Of a stretch of 64,000 nucleotides of DNA, positions 38,932-46,843 are shown one piece after another. The stretch lies in assembly GCA_002401955.1 (NCBI GenBank), contig NVUQ01000006.1, positions 19,061 to 83,060 of the forward strand. The letters are read 5' to 3'. Positions within the stretch are counted from its first letter, which is position 1. Every line of letters begins with the position of its first letter. A model generated the notes under the pieces. That model was not told the origin of the DNA. It searched no databases and was given only the letters and a program-made list of their open reading frames with translations. The stretch is from Flavobacteriales bacterium. Its GTDB lineage: Bacteria; Bacteroidota; Bacteroidia; Flavobacteriales_E; Vicingaceae. The position numbers and the translations under genes are program-made.

Positions 38932-40085
38932 ACAACTTAAAAATATACTTATTTATCATTTTAATTTTAATACTAAAAAGCAACTATTTTGGGCAATCGA
39001 CAAGTAAGAGTCTAACTGCCTCTGAATTAATAGAGCGAGGAATGCAAAAATCATCACGCAAAGAAGCTTTGAAAGACTTTAATCTTGCAATTAGAATTGA
39101 TAGTAATAACTCTGAAGCATATTACTATCGTAGTTCCTTTTATTATAAAGGTAAAGATTATACTCTGGAGAAATCTGTAAGGTCTACTCTTATGGTAAGT
39201 AGCCTAAGAGATATAAATCATGCGATTCAAATAAATCCTAATGAAGACAAATATTATCTACATAAAGGAAGGGTATTATTAATTATAGACCATCTTGAAG
39301 ATAGGGGATATACTAATGAACCATTAATTATGTATTCTAAAGCTATAGCAATAAATAAAGAAAACTCAGAAGCCCTATTCAGTAGAGGGTTTCATAGTAT
39401 GAAAATGAAGAAAATGGTAGGTGCGTGTGAAGACTTATATAAGTCTATGGAGCTAGGACACGAAAGAGGAAAGAGTCTTTACAAGATGCAATGCGGAAAA
39501 GGAAAATCATATAGTGATGTTGCTTTTGGAAATTGGGTCAGAAAAGAGTACAAAGAAGCCATTGAAAATTATACTAAAGCCATTGAATTAGATCCCAATT
39601 ATGACGTGTATTATAATTCAAGAGCTGGAGTGAAAGCTGACTCAAAAGATTTCTCTGGAGCTATGCTAGATTATAAGTTTGCTATTTTATTAGAAAAAGG
39701 AAATCCTGATAATTATTTTAGTAGAGGTGAGTTAAAGCAGGAGTTAGGAGATTACAGAGGTGCAATTAAAGATTTTGAAAAGGCTATTGAATTAAAAATG
39801 GATATAGGAGAATATACTGATCCACACTTAAGTAAAGGAATCTGTTACTTTTCCTTATCCTTAAGAAGTAATTCGGAAACTGAATCTAAAAAACTTCTTG
39901 ATTTAGCTATTTCAATCTTTACTTATTCTATTAAAAAATCCCTTTATAAGGGAAAACATTATTATTTTCGAGGTTTAGCAAATCTTCAGCTTCATAAAAA
40001 AGAAGAGGGTTGTTTAGATCTTTCTAAGGCAGGGGAACTTGGGGTTGTGTTAGCGTATGATAAAATAAGAGAAGTATGCAACTAG
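38928..40085 (+). CDS. secreted TPR protein (element cargo)
   Basis: 385 aa with a signal peptide. It has several TPR units and two GC.DL.K(A/S).ELG motifs, which are common in Bacteroidota TPR sensor-domain proteins. Confidence 0.65.
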   Translation: MNNLKIYLFIILILILKSNYFGQSTSKSLTASELIERGMQKSSRKEALKDFNLAIRIDSNNSEAYYYRSSFYYKGKDYTLEKSVRSTLMVSSLRDINHAIQINPNEDKYYLHKGRVLLIIDHLEDRGYTNEPLIMYSKAIAINKENSEALFSRGFHSMKMKKMVGACEDLYKSMELGHERGKSLYKMQCGKGKSYSDVAFGNWVRKEYKEAIENYTKAIELDPNYDVYYNSRAGVKADSKDFSGAMLDYKFAILLEKGNPDNYFSRGELKQELGDYRGAIKDFEKAIELKMDIGEYTDPHLSKGICYFSLSLRSNSETESKKLLDLAISIFTYSIKKSLYKGKHYYFRGLANLQLHKKEEGCLDLSKAGELGVVLAYDKIREVCN

Positions 40086-40159
40086 TATTTGATTTGTCAA
40101 TTAGCCTCAGGATATTCCATCGGCATACTCACTTATAAATGTGTAGGTTCGTTTAATGG

Positions 40160-40480
40160 ATCATAAGAAATGGTGAGATTATAGAGACAAAAGCAAATAA
40201 ACAGCCTATAGGTAAGTTTGATGATATGTTACCTTACACAACCCATTCATTTGAATTACATAAAGGAGATTCCATCTACATATTCTCTGATGGATATGTA
40301 GACCAATTTGGTGGGGAGAAAGGAAAGAAATTTAAAGCAAAAGCATTTAGACAATTACTATTAAGCATTCAGGATAAAGCTATGGAAGAACAAAAGACTA
40401 TCATAGATGAAGCATTTGAATCTTGGAGAGGTTCTTTAGAGCAGATTGATGATGTTTGTGTGATTGGGGTTAGATTTTAG
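40160..40480 (+). pseudogene. 5'-truncated fragment of a PP2C/SpoIIE-type phosphatase (last ~105 residues only)
   Basis: The in-frame translation IIRNGEIIETKANKQPIGKFDD MLPYTTHSFELHKGDSIYIFSDGYVDQFGG...QIDDVCVIGVRF aligns with the C-terminus of the 33050..35002 product (67 of 105 residues identical by hand count). A stop codon lies immediately upstream at 40154..40156. Confidence 0.75.
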
Positions 40481-40691
40481 TTAGAGTCTACTTTCCACCA
40501 TACATCATATCTATTAACTGTCTATTGGCTACTTGAACCTTAGTAATCTTATTCTCTATTGAATCATCCCAGACTATCAGGTTGCAGGAAGTAACCCCTT
40601 AAAACTGTACAGTATCATTGGAATATAACAGAACTTAAAATCATTTTTTACGTATAAGAAAGGGCAGATAAGTACGTTTTTTCATAACTAA

Positions 40692-40732
40692 GGTTTGATT
40701 GGTTTATCATCACTAATCAAGCCTTTTTTTTT
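40692..40732 (+). terminator. rho-independent terminator closing the plus-strand cargo block
   Basis: GGTTTGATT-loop-AATCAAGCC (one G-U pair) followed by a 9-nt T-run. Confidence 0.6.
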
Positions 40733-40899
40733 GGGGTAAAATAATCGTTAGAATTGAAAATATAGCAAATAAAATTTGTTTGGTAAAGGGAATTGAATAA
40801 TCATCTATGTATGATTACATTTCAGAGCATTTCCTTTGAGAAAAGTACATCCTATATAATGTAGGAGGATTAGGAAAAAATGATAAGTGAAGGTGCTCC

Positions 40900-42261
40900 C
40901 TAGTGTAGTGAGCCAATATCATCAACTGCTAGAACTTGTTTTAATTCATTCAACCTATTGAGGTATGGTAAATATTTAGGTTTTTCACTATTAGCCTTTA
41001 TGATTGATAAATGACTTTCTATAAATAAAGGAATATCAGTTATTGTACTACTTTGATTTAGCTTAACTGTAGCAGGTAACGTTATACTTTTAAAGTATAA
41101 TTCAAATTCATCAACACTTCTTCCAACGTCAGGTCTTGTTAGATTTTCGCTTTGAACCTCAATCTCAACCTTCGGAAGTAACTCTTTTTCACTAATTGAT
41201 TCTTCTATTTGGATGGGTTCTTTTCTAAATTTACGCCAATCTTGTTCTATAAGATAATCGGCAAGGTCACTTCCTCTCTCTCTATCCTTTTCAGGTGCTA
41301 ATTTCTCTAATAAGTCAGATACAATAAATTTTGAACCTTCTAACTGGTTTTCTATTATTTTAGCTTTTTCACTCCATAAATCAAAGGCTTTTCCGTCTTT
41401 TGATAAGTCAGGGAATAAATAAACGTTCCTACCTTTTAGGGATTTACATTTATTGAGGTTTAAACTACTTAAATTGAATACTGCTAACCAAATTAAGCTA
41501 TTAGATTGTTCAGGTGTTCCAAAATACAAAGTACTGTAAACGGCTGTTTTAGGTGCTTCAACTAATGCAACTGGTCTGTCTGGGTATTTACCTAAAAGAT
41601 GCTCCCCAAATAGACAAGAAACCTTTGTTTCATTCATTTTGTATGCTTCTAGCCATACAGGTAAAGACTTACTATTTTTAGCGTGGTGCTTCTCAATTAT
41701 GGAGTGAATAAAGTCCGTTCCTGTAGTGTGGTTTGTTTTATCAAATTGCTTTACTTGAATTGCTCTAACATTACCATTAATATCAATAAAAGGAAATGTA
41801 ATTGCTCCTGCTCGATAACCTTTTGATATTGTACCTAACCTATAAAGGGAAATAACCTTTTCAATGTCAGTAACCATAAAAGGAAATGATACACTTTGTA
41901 ATAGATTTTGTATAAAATTGTTTTGCTCATAATTCTTTAAAGTTTGCTTAAGCACCTCAACAGGTATAAATGTTGTTTTAACTGGCGGTAATGATTTATG
42001 TGCAATTCGCTGTGGCTTCCAGTCGCTTATATCTTGTCCTTGCTCTTGTATCCAAATCATTTTAGAGTAGCCATCTTTGTATGGGCTGTGATGATAAGAA
42101 CATTTACTTTCTCGATCACAACGTCCATAAATTTCAGGCAAATAATTACTTGTTTCATTATCTAAATAACAAACAAATGTTTTCTTGTTACATTCAGGAC
42201 AATGATGCTTCTTACTCCCTTTCTCTAATATGTATCTATACTCATTAGACACGTTTACCAT
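40900..42261 (-). CDS. Zn-ribbon plus Toprim-like primase-like protein
   Basis: Trimmed to the ATG at 42261 (MVNVSNEY). Zn-ribbon HHCPECNKKTF...GRCDRESKCSYH; Toprim-like ALVEAPKTAV and YLFPDLSKDG. Confidence 0.6.
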   Translation of the reverse strand: MVNVSNEYRYILEKGSKKHHCPECNKKTFVCYLDNETSNYLPEIYGRCDRESKCSYHHSPYKDGYSKMIWIQEQGQDISDWKPQRIAHKSLPPVKTTFIPVEVLKQTLKNYEQNNFIQNLLQSVSFPFMVTDIEKVISLYRLGTISKGYRAGAITFPFIDINGNVRAIQVKQFDKTNHTTGTDFIHSIIEKHHAKNSKSLPVWLEAYKMNETKVSCLFGEHLLGKYPDRPVALVEAPKTAVYSTLYFGTPEQSNSLIWLAVFNLSSLNLNKCKSLKGRNVYLFPDLSKDGKAFDLWSEKAKIIENQLEGSKFIVSDLLEKLAPEKDRERGSDLADYLIEQDWRKFRKEPIQIEESISEKELLPKVEIEVQSENLTRPDVGRSVDEFELYFKSITLPATVKLNQSSTITDIPLFIESHLSIIKANSEKPKYLPYLNRLNELKQVLAVDDIGSLH

Positions 42262-42445
42262 ATTCAGGAAATGTACTCTCAATAGCTAATGATAGCTCAT
42301 TTAATCTGCTATCTTGACTTAATGTACTTACCATCATTAGAGCATACTCTAGTAACTCAGTTCGTCCATCTAGTGCGGATCTATTGTTAGATATTTCATT
42401 AATTAAATGGTTTAACTTCTTTTCACTTCTTGTTAATTCAATCAT
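42245..42445 (-). CDS. hypothetical small protein in the replication module
   Basis: 66-aa ORF overlapping the primase-like start by 17 nt. No family recognised. Confidence 0.35.
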   Translation of the reverse strand: MIELTRSEKKLNHLINEISNNRSALDGRTELLEYALMMVSTLSQDSRLNELSLAIESTFPEYGKRV

Positions 42446-42467
42446 AATTTTATTATTTATATTATAA

Positions 42468-42550
42468 GGTTTACGGTTTAAACTTGGTTAATTAAACTCA
42501 GGTTTAAGGTTTAAAGGTTTACAGGCGTATATTACGCCTAAACCTAAACC
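42468..42550. repeat. iteron-like cluster (GGTTTA x5 direct plus one GGTTA variant, TAAACC x2 inverted) around the perfect palindrome AGGCGTA-TAT-TACGCCT; candidate element ori or operator
   Basis: Read directly from the sequence. GGTTTA occurs at 42468, 42475, 42501, 42508 and 42516, GGTTA at 42486, the palindrome at 42523..42539, and TAAACC at 42539 and 42545. The cluster is intergenic between the ATPase and small-ORF/primase genes. Confidence 0.5.
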
Positions 42551-42567
42551 GATAGAAAAGTCTAATA

Positions 42568-43800
42568 TCATTTATCTAAACCTTGAATGTTTCCAATTTG
42601 ATAAGGTGCTTTTAGTTTTTCTTGAATTAATAACTCTTCATTTTTGCAGTGGGTAATAAACTCTTTTATTTTATTATTACCCATTTGTGTTCCGCTATAC
42701 TGTTTTGCATACGCTAACTTTATTTGAATAACTAAGTTTCCATAACTAATAAGTTTGTCTCGTGAGAAAGCTATTCTTAGTATCTCAATTTGATATTCCC
42801 GACCACACTCTAATAAACTGTTGGTTGCATCTTTTTTAGTTGATGTTCTTATTTCAAAATCTTCAACCAATTCAGGCAATCCATTTTCATTGATTTCAAA
42901 AGCAAAAGATCTAGGCTCTCTATTTCTGCATTGTTGAGCTTCCACTACTGAAATGTCTTTATCTTGCTCATTCTTCGTTACAGAAAGTACCGTCTCAGCC
43001 TTATTAATCAATTCTGTACCAATATGTCCTCTTGCATTATTATCACTCTTATTTTGATGTAATACAGTAATGATATGAATGTTCTTTTCCTCAGTCCACT
43101 TCAGTAATTTACTTGCTATCATCGTAGCTTCACTTTCATCATTTATTGAATTAACCAAATCCTTGATTCCGTCAATAATTACAAATCCTAGATTAGGTGT
43201 GTTATAAATTGCATATTCAATTAGACGAAGCCTTTCGGATGGTTTTTTACTTCTCAAACCGTAAACAATTAAATCTTTTGGCTCTTTTATGTCTATTTGA
43301 TCACAAACACGTTTTAAAGCTAAATGAACGTGATACTTCCCTTGTTCAGTATCAAAGTACAACACCTTTCTTTGGTCTTGCGGTAAAGCACCTCTAAATT
43401 GACCTAGAATAGGATCTTCACTTATTACTGTTGATACTGCTATATTTATAAAAAATGACTTTCTACTTTTAGCCTTACCTATTATTAAAGAGAAGTTCCC
43501 TAACGTTCCTAGGATAGTATCATTTCCACCTATTTGCTCGTATGCTTTCTGGGGTGGTAGTATTTCATCAGTTGGGTTAATTCTTAGGGAGCTTAATATT
43601 TCAACATCAGTTTTCTTTGTCAACTCTTCAATATGGCTAATTAAAGTTTCAGAGTTAGTTAAGTCATCAAACTGCGGATTTATTTCACTTTCTTTTTTAG
43701 CTCCATTTATTATGTATTCTTTAGGTAATTGCTTATCTTGTAGTTGTGATTGAGGAGGGGTGAAATCTGTTAGGTTTCCCCCTTTCTTTTGCTCTTCCAT
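42568..43800 (-). CDS. RecA-like (AAA_25/RepA/DnaB-type) ATPase, putative replicative helicase/loader
   Basis: 410 aa. Walker A-like IIGKAKSRKS, Walker B-like GFVIIDGIKD, and IITVLHQNK. Confidence 0.6.
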   Translation of the reverse strand: MEEQKKGGNLTDFTPPQSQLQDKQLPKEYIINGAKKESEINPQFDDLTNSETLISHIEELTKKTDVEILSSLRINPTDEILPPQKAYEQIGGNDTILGTLGNFSLIIGKAKSRKSFFINIAVSTVISEDPILGQFRGALPQDQRKVLYFDTEQGKYHVHLALKRVCDQIDIKEPKDLIVYGLRSKKPSERLRLIEYAIYNTPNLGFVIIDGIKDLVNSINDESEATMIASKLLKWTEEKNIHIITVLHQNKSDNNARGHIGTELINKAETVLSVTKNEQDKDISVVEAQQCRNREPRSFAFEINENGLPELVEDFEIRTSTKKDATNSLLECGREYQIEILRIAFSRDKLISYGNLVIQIKLAYAKQYSGTQMGNNKIKEFITHCKNEELLIQEKLKAPYQIGNIQGLDK

Positions 43801-43840
43801 GTCTTAAGAATTTATAGGGTTGGTAAAAGGATAAGTCTAC

Positions 43841-44125
43841 TTATTTAGCATTTGCTTTCAAGTAGTGATTGTTTAACAGCACTTCTATATCATTGGCTTT
43901 GTAATATAATTTCGCCCCGACTTTTGAATATGATAGTTTACCTGAATCCCTATAATTTTGTAATGTTCTTTTACTACAATGGAGTAATTCAATAACGTCT
44001 TGATTGTCTAACCAAAGTTCTGACAAAGGTGTTTTACACAACTCTTTGTCTAATTTGTTGTTAATTGCTTCTAAATGGTTTTGAAGAGATTTAAATACCT
44101 CTGATTCAATAGTGATTACGTTCAT
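43841..44125 (-). CDS. excisionase-like HTH (MerR/HTH_17-type) protein
   Basis: 94 aa. LDNQDVIELLHCSKRTLQNYRDSGKLSYSKVGAKLYYKANDIE is typical of Xis-like proteins of Bacteroidota islands. Confidence 0.65.
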   Translation of the reverse strand: MNVITIESEVFKSLQNHLEAINNKLDKELCKTPLSELWLDNQDVIELLHCSKRTLQNYRDSGKLSYSKVGAKLYYKANDIEVLLNNHYLKANAK

Positions 44126-44230
44126 CTGCTTTTAGTTTTAGTTAATAATTACCAAAACTAGAGGGATGAAACCAATTTAAATCTTAAACCTTTAGTTACC
44201 ATTGAGATAACTCAAGCTATTAATCGAAAT

Positions 44231-45100
44231 TTAAAGAAAAGAAGAGAAAGTTTTGTCAATTTGTTCCTTATGAGCAAAATCTGATTGCTTGCTCGAATAT
44301 AGATTTTGACTAGTCATTTTAGTTCCACCTTTTGAAAAAAAGATGTTTGATTTTTCTATATAAGATAGTGACAAGTTGTGGAACTCAGGTTTTAATTTAT
44401 CTAATATGTATCTAAAGGTAACATTACTGCACCCCATATATATATGAGTAGATTCTTTCATTAAATCTTGAGAGAGGAGGACATCTAAAAGATCTTCTGT
44501 AGATGTCTTATCCTCATTTAAAAGCTCTACTTTCAAACACAATGAAATCAATAATTCATTCAGTTTCTGAACCTTATCTTTATTGAGCCTATGTTTAAAT
44601 TTAAATGATAACATAGTATCATTTTCTGTAATTTTAGATTGTTTTGGATTAGGTTTTAGTTCTTCTAAATATTTCCAATATTTTTCCTCAAGAACCTTTC
44701 TTATTTCTAAAATAGCATTAATAGATTTATGAAATTCTAACACAAGTGATTGATCTAATTTAGGCGAATCAGAAAATCGTTTATAAAAATCAATCTTTTT
44801 ATTCAAGTCAGAAACCCTGCTTGTACCAAAAGATTTCACATCACCTTCAATTAATTCAAGTAGCAATATTTGTTCCTCCTTATTTAATAAATTATCTTTA
44901 AAATAATCTTCAATGGACTTTAATATTCTATTAGGCGAATTGATTATATCAATTTTATCTTCATAACTCTTTAATATGTATGGATAATAATAACCTCCGA
45001 CATCCGACATTCTATTAAATAGACATGAACCATCCAACATATACTTCAAAGTTTTATAATAGTCTCTATATCTTTGTGGCACTTTTCTTCTAATAGGCAT
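44231..45100 (-). CDS. hypothetical protein of the element core module
   Basis: 289-aa ORF between int and xis-like. No family confidently recognised. Confidence 0.5.
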   Translation of the reverse strand: MPIRRKVPQRYRDYYKTLKYMLDGSCLFNRMSDVGGYYYPYILKSYEDKIDIINSPNRILKSIEDYFKDNLLNKEEQILLLELIEGDVKSFGTSRVSDLNKKIDFYKRFSDSPKLDQSLVLEFHKSINAILEIRKVLEEKYWKYLEELKPNPKQSKITENDTMLSFKFKHRLNKDKVQKLNELLISLCLKVELLNEDKTSTEDLLDVLLSQDLMKESTHIYMGCSNVTFRYILDKLKPEFHNLSLSYIEKSNIFFSKGGTKMTSQNLYSSKQSDFAHKEQIDKTFSSFL

Positions 45101-45134
45101 TTAATAAAAATAAAGAACTAAACTTAATTCCGAC

Positions 45135-46352
45135 TTACGATGCTAAATTATTTCTTAATTTATCAATATCTCTACTTATTTTATCATCCAAAACTTTTGC
45201 ATAAATTTGAGTAGTCTGAATCTCGGTATGACCTAACATTTTTGATACCGTTTCAATAGCTACACCATTAGATAAAGTAACCGTGGTAGCGAAAGTGTGA
45301 CGTCCTATATGGCTACAAATAGACTTCTCAATTCCACATAAATCGGCTATCTCTTTAAGATATGCGTTCATCTTTTGATTACTTGGAACTGGTAACAACC
45401 TATTTCCAATTAAATGACAAGGATCGTTTATATATTTTGTTAATATTTCCTGTGCTTGAGGCAATATTGGAATACGGCTCTCTATTTTTGTTTTTACTCT
45501 TCTTTTAATTATCCACTTATGTCCATCTATTCCTAATATGATATTCTCTTTTTTTAATGAGTACATATCTTTATATGCTAAACCTGTATAGCATTGGAAA
45601 ATAAATAAGTCACGAACAACCTCTAGCCTCTTTATAGAAAAATCTTTTTCAATTAATCTATCAATCTCTGCCTGTGTTAAACAAATCCTTGATACAGTTT
45701 TCAGTTTCACTTTATAATTAAGAAAAGGATCTCTCCTTATATAGTCATTAGCAAGTGCTATACGTACAATCTTTTTAAAAGACTTTACATACTTTATAGC
45801 TGTATTATGTTGACACTTCCCTATTGTCTTTAGATAAAGCTCAAAACCTACTATAAACTTATGGTCTACATCACTTAGTAAAACATGATCTGAATGGTAA
45901 TTTAAATTACAATAATTAACAATATGCTGAAGACAAGTCTTAAACTTAGTAACAGTCCCTTTTGCATATCCATTACCTATTAAACTTTTTATGTTATCAT
46001 TATGGATAATAAACAGTTCTTTAATTGTCCATTGTTTTTCTCCAAGCCCTAAAAAAGCATTTTTTAATAAAATTGCTGTGACAATCTTCCCAGATTCTTG
46101 TATGTTTTTTTGATGATTAAATAACTGTGATTCGATACTTTGAATACAATCGTTAATCTCCTTTGCCTTTTCACTGTTACCTTTTAGTTTATTTCTTTTG
46201 TTATCCCATAAGCTTACCATCGTGCTTCTCTTAATTGATAACTCTGAAGATGTACCGTTCACAGTAATCCTAAGAATTATTGGGGCCTCTCCGTTCTTTA
46301 AAAGTTTCTTTTTCTTAATAAAAAAATTAATATTAAATGTTGATCTTTTCAT
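45135..46352 (-). CDS. tyrosine site-specific integrase
   Basis: 405 aa. N-terminal arm-binding/SAM-like region typical of Bacteroidota integrases; catalytic contexts HIGRHTFATT and LGHTEIQTTQIYAKV. Confidence 0.9.
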   Translation of the reverse strand: MKRSTFNINFFIKKKKLLKNGEAPIILRITVNGTSSELSIKRSTMVSLWDNKRNKLKGNSEKAKEINDCIQSIESQLFNHQKNIQESGKIVTAILLKNAFLGLGEKQWTIKELFIIHNDNIKSLIGNGYAKGTVTKFKTCLQHIVNYCNLNYHSDHVLLSDVDHKFIVGFELYLKTIGKCQHNTAIKYVKSFKKIVRIALANDYIRRDPFLNYKVKLKTVSRICLTQAEIDRLIEKDFSIKRLEVVRDLFIFQCYTGLAYKDMYSLKKENIILGIDGHKWIIKRRVKTKIESRIPILPQAQEILTKYINDPCHLIGNRLLPVPSNQKMNAYLKEIADLCGIEKSICSHIGRHTFATTVTLSNGVAIETVSKMLGHTEIQTTQIYAKVLDDKISRDIDKLRNNLAS

Positions 46353-46433
46353 AGCTTTATTTTTTAGTTAAAATTAAAGCAACCTCTTCTAAAATTAAAA
46401 TGCAAAACAATGAATAACAGCGAATTAGAATCA

Positions 46434-46480
46434 ATTCGTAGGACTACGACATATAATTAAAAGTCCCACGAATAACACAC
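46434..46480. repeat. arm-type repeats at the int-proximal end (inverted 12-mer plus direct 21-mer)
   Basis: ATTCGTAGGACT (46434..46445) is the reverse complement of AGTCCTACGAAT at 35502..35513. AAAGTCCCACGAATAACACAC lies at 46460..46480. CATATAATTA is also shared (35450.. and 46450..). Confidence 0.5.
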
Positions 46481-46581
46481 TTGTAAGGGGAAGTAAATGA
46501 ATGAAATACGAAACGTATTAAACACAAAAAGCCCCACTTATGTGAGGCTTTCGTTATTTTACACTTTAAATGTAATTGTTG

Positions 46582-46597
46582 TGGCGGAGATGGAGGG
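46582..46597. repeat. att core repeat, tRNA-proximal copy
   Basis: TGGCGGAGATGGAGGG is identical to 35428..35443. Confidence 0.85.
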
Positions 46598-46669
46598 ATT
46601 CGAACCCCCGGTACCCTGCGGTACAACAGTTTTCAAGACTGCCGCATTCGACCACTCTGCCACATCTCC
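46582..46669 (-). tRNA. tRNA-Ser (anticodon UGA), class II with long variable arm, CCA encoded
   Basis: The minus strand reads GGAGATGTGGCAGAGTGGTCGAATGCGGCAGTCTTGAAAACTGTTGTACCGCAGGGTACCGGGGGTTCGAATCCCTCCATCTCCGCCA. It has a 7-bp acceptor stem, anticodon loop CTTGAAA, a variable-arm hairpin GTACC/GGTAC and a TTCGAAT T-loop. Confidence 0.9.
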
Positions 46670-46673
46670 GCTG

Positions 46674-46681
46674 CAAAAGTA
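46674..46681 (-). promoter_or_regulatory. candidate Bacteroidota -7 box (TACTTTTG, consensus TAnnTTTG) for tRNA-Ser
   Basis: The motif ends 5 nt upstream of the predicted tRNA 5' end. No clear -33 TTG was found. Confidence 0.35.
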
Positions 46682-46843
46682 GCAATTGATTTTAAATATG
46701 AAATGTTTTTGAGACTTTTTTGAAAAAAAAAATAATTTAATGATAAATAGCAGGAAAAATGGCAACTTATAATTTACCGTTTATCAATTATCTAGTTTAT
46801 TTTGAAAGATAAATGCTAACTTTACGTTTATAAAGAGTATACA

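Larger units (their letters stand above)
35428..46597. mobile_element. integrative element (about 11.2 kb) inserted in the 3' end of tRNA-Ser(UGA): int / Xis-like / RecA-like ATPase / primase-like core plus about 5 kb of cargo
   Basis: Bounded by the perfect 16-bp direct repeat TGGCGGAGATGGAGGG, with the integrase adjacent to the intact tRNA. The distal repeat is a displaced copy of the tRNA 3' end. Confidence 0.8.

Noticed and set aside
40160-40480. PP2C fragment as a recent duplicate of, or gene-conversion product from, the chromosomal gene 33050..35002.
   Set aside because: Only 67 of 105 aligned residues are identical by hand count, with many synonymous and non-synonymous differences. 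It is an old paralogue rather than a recent copy.
46444-46765. Three 60-68-aa ORFs (46444..46626 -, 46497..46682 +, 46559..46765 -) between the integrase and the GWxTD gene.
   Set aside because: All three run through the tRNA-Ser gene (46582..46669) and the att/arm region, so the tRNA explains the conserved-looking GC-richer stretch. They are treated as artefacts.
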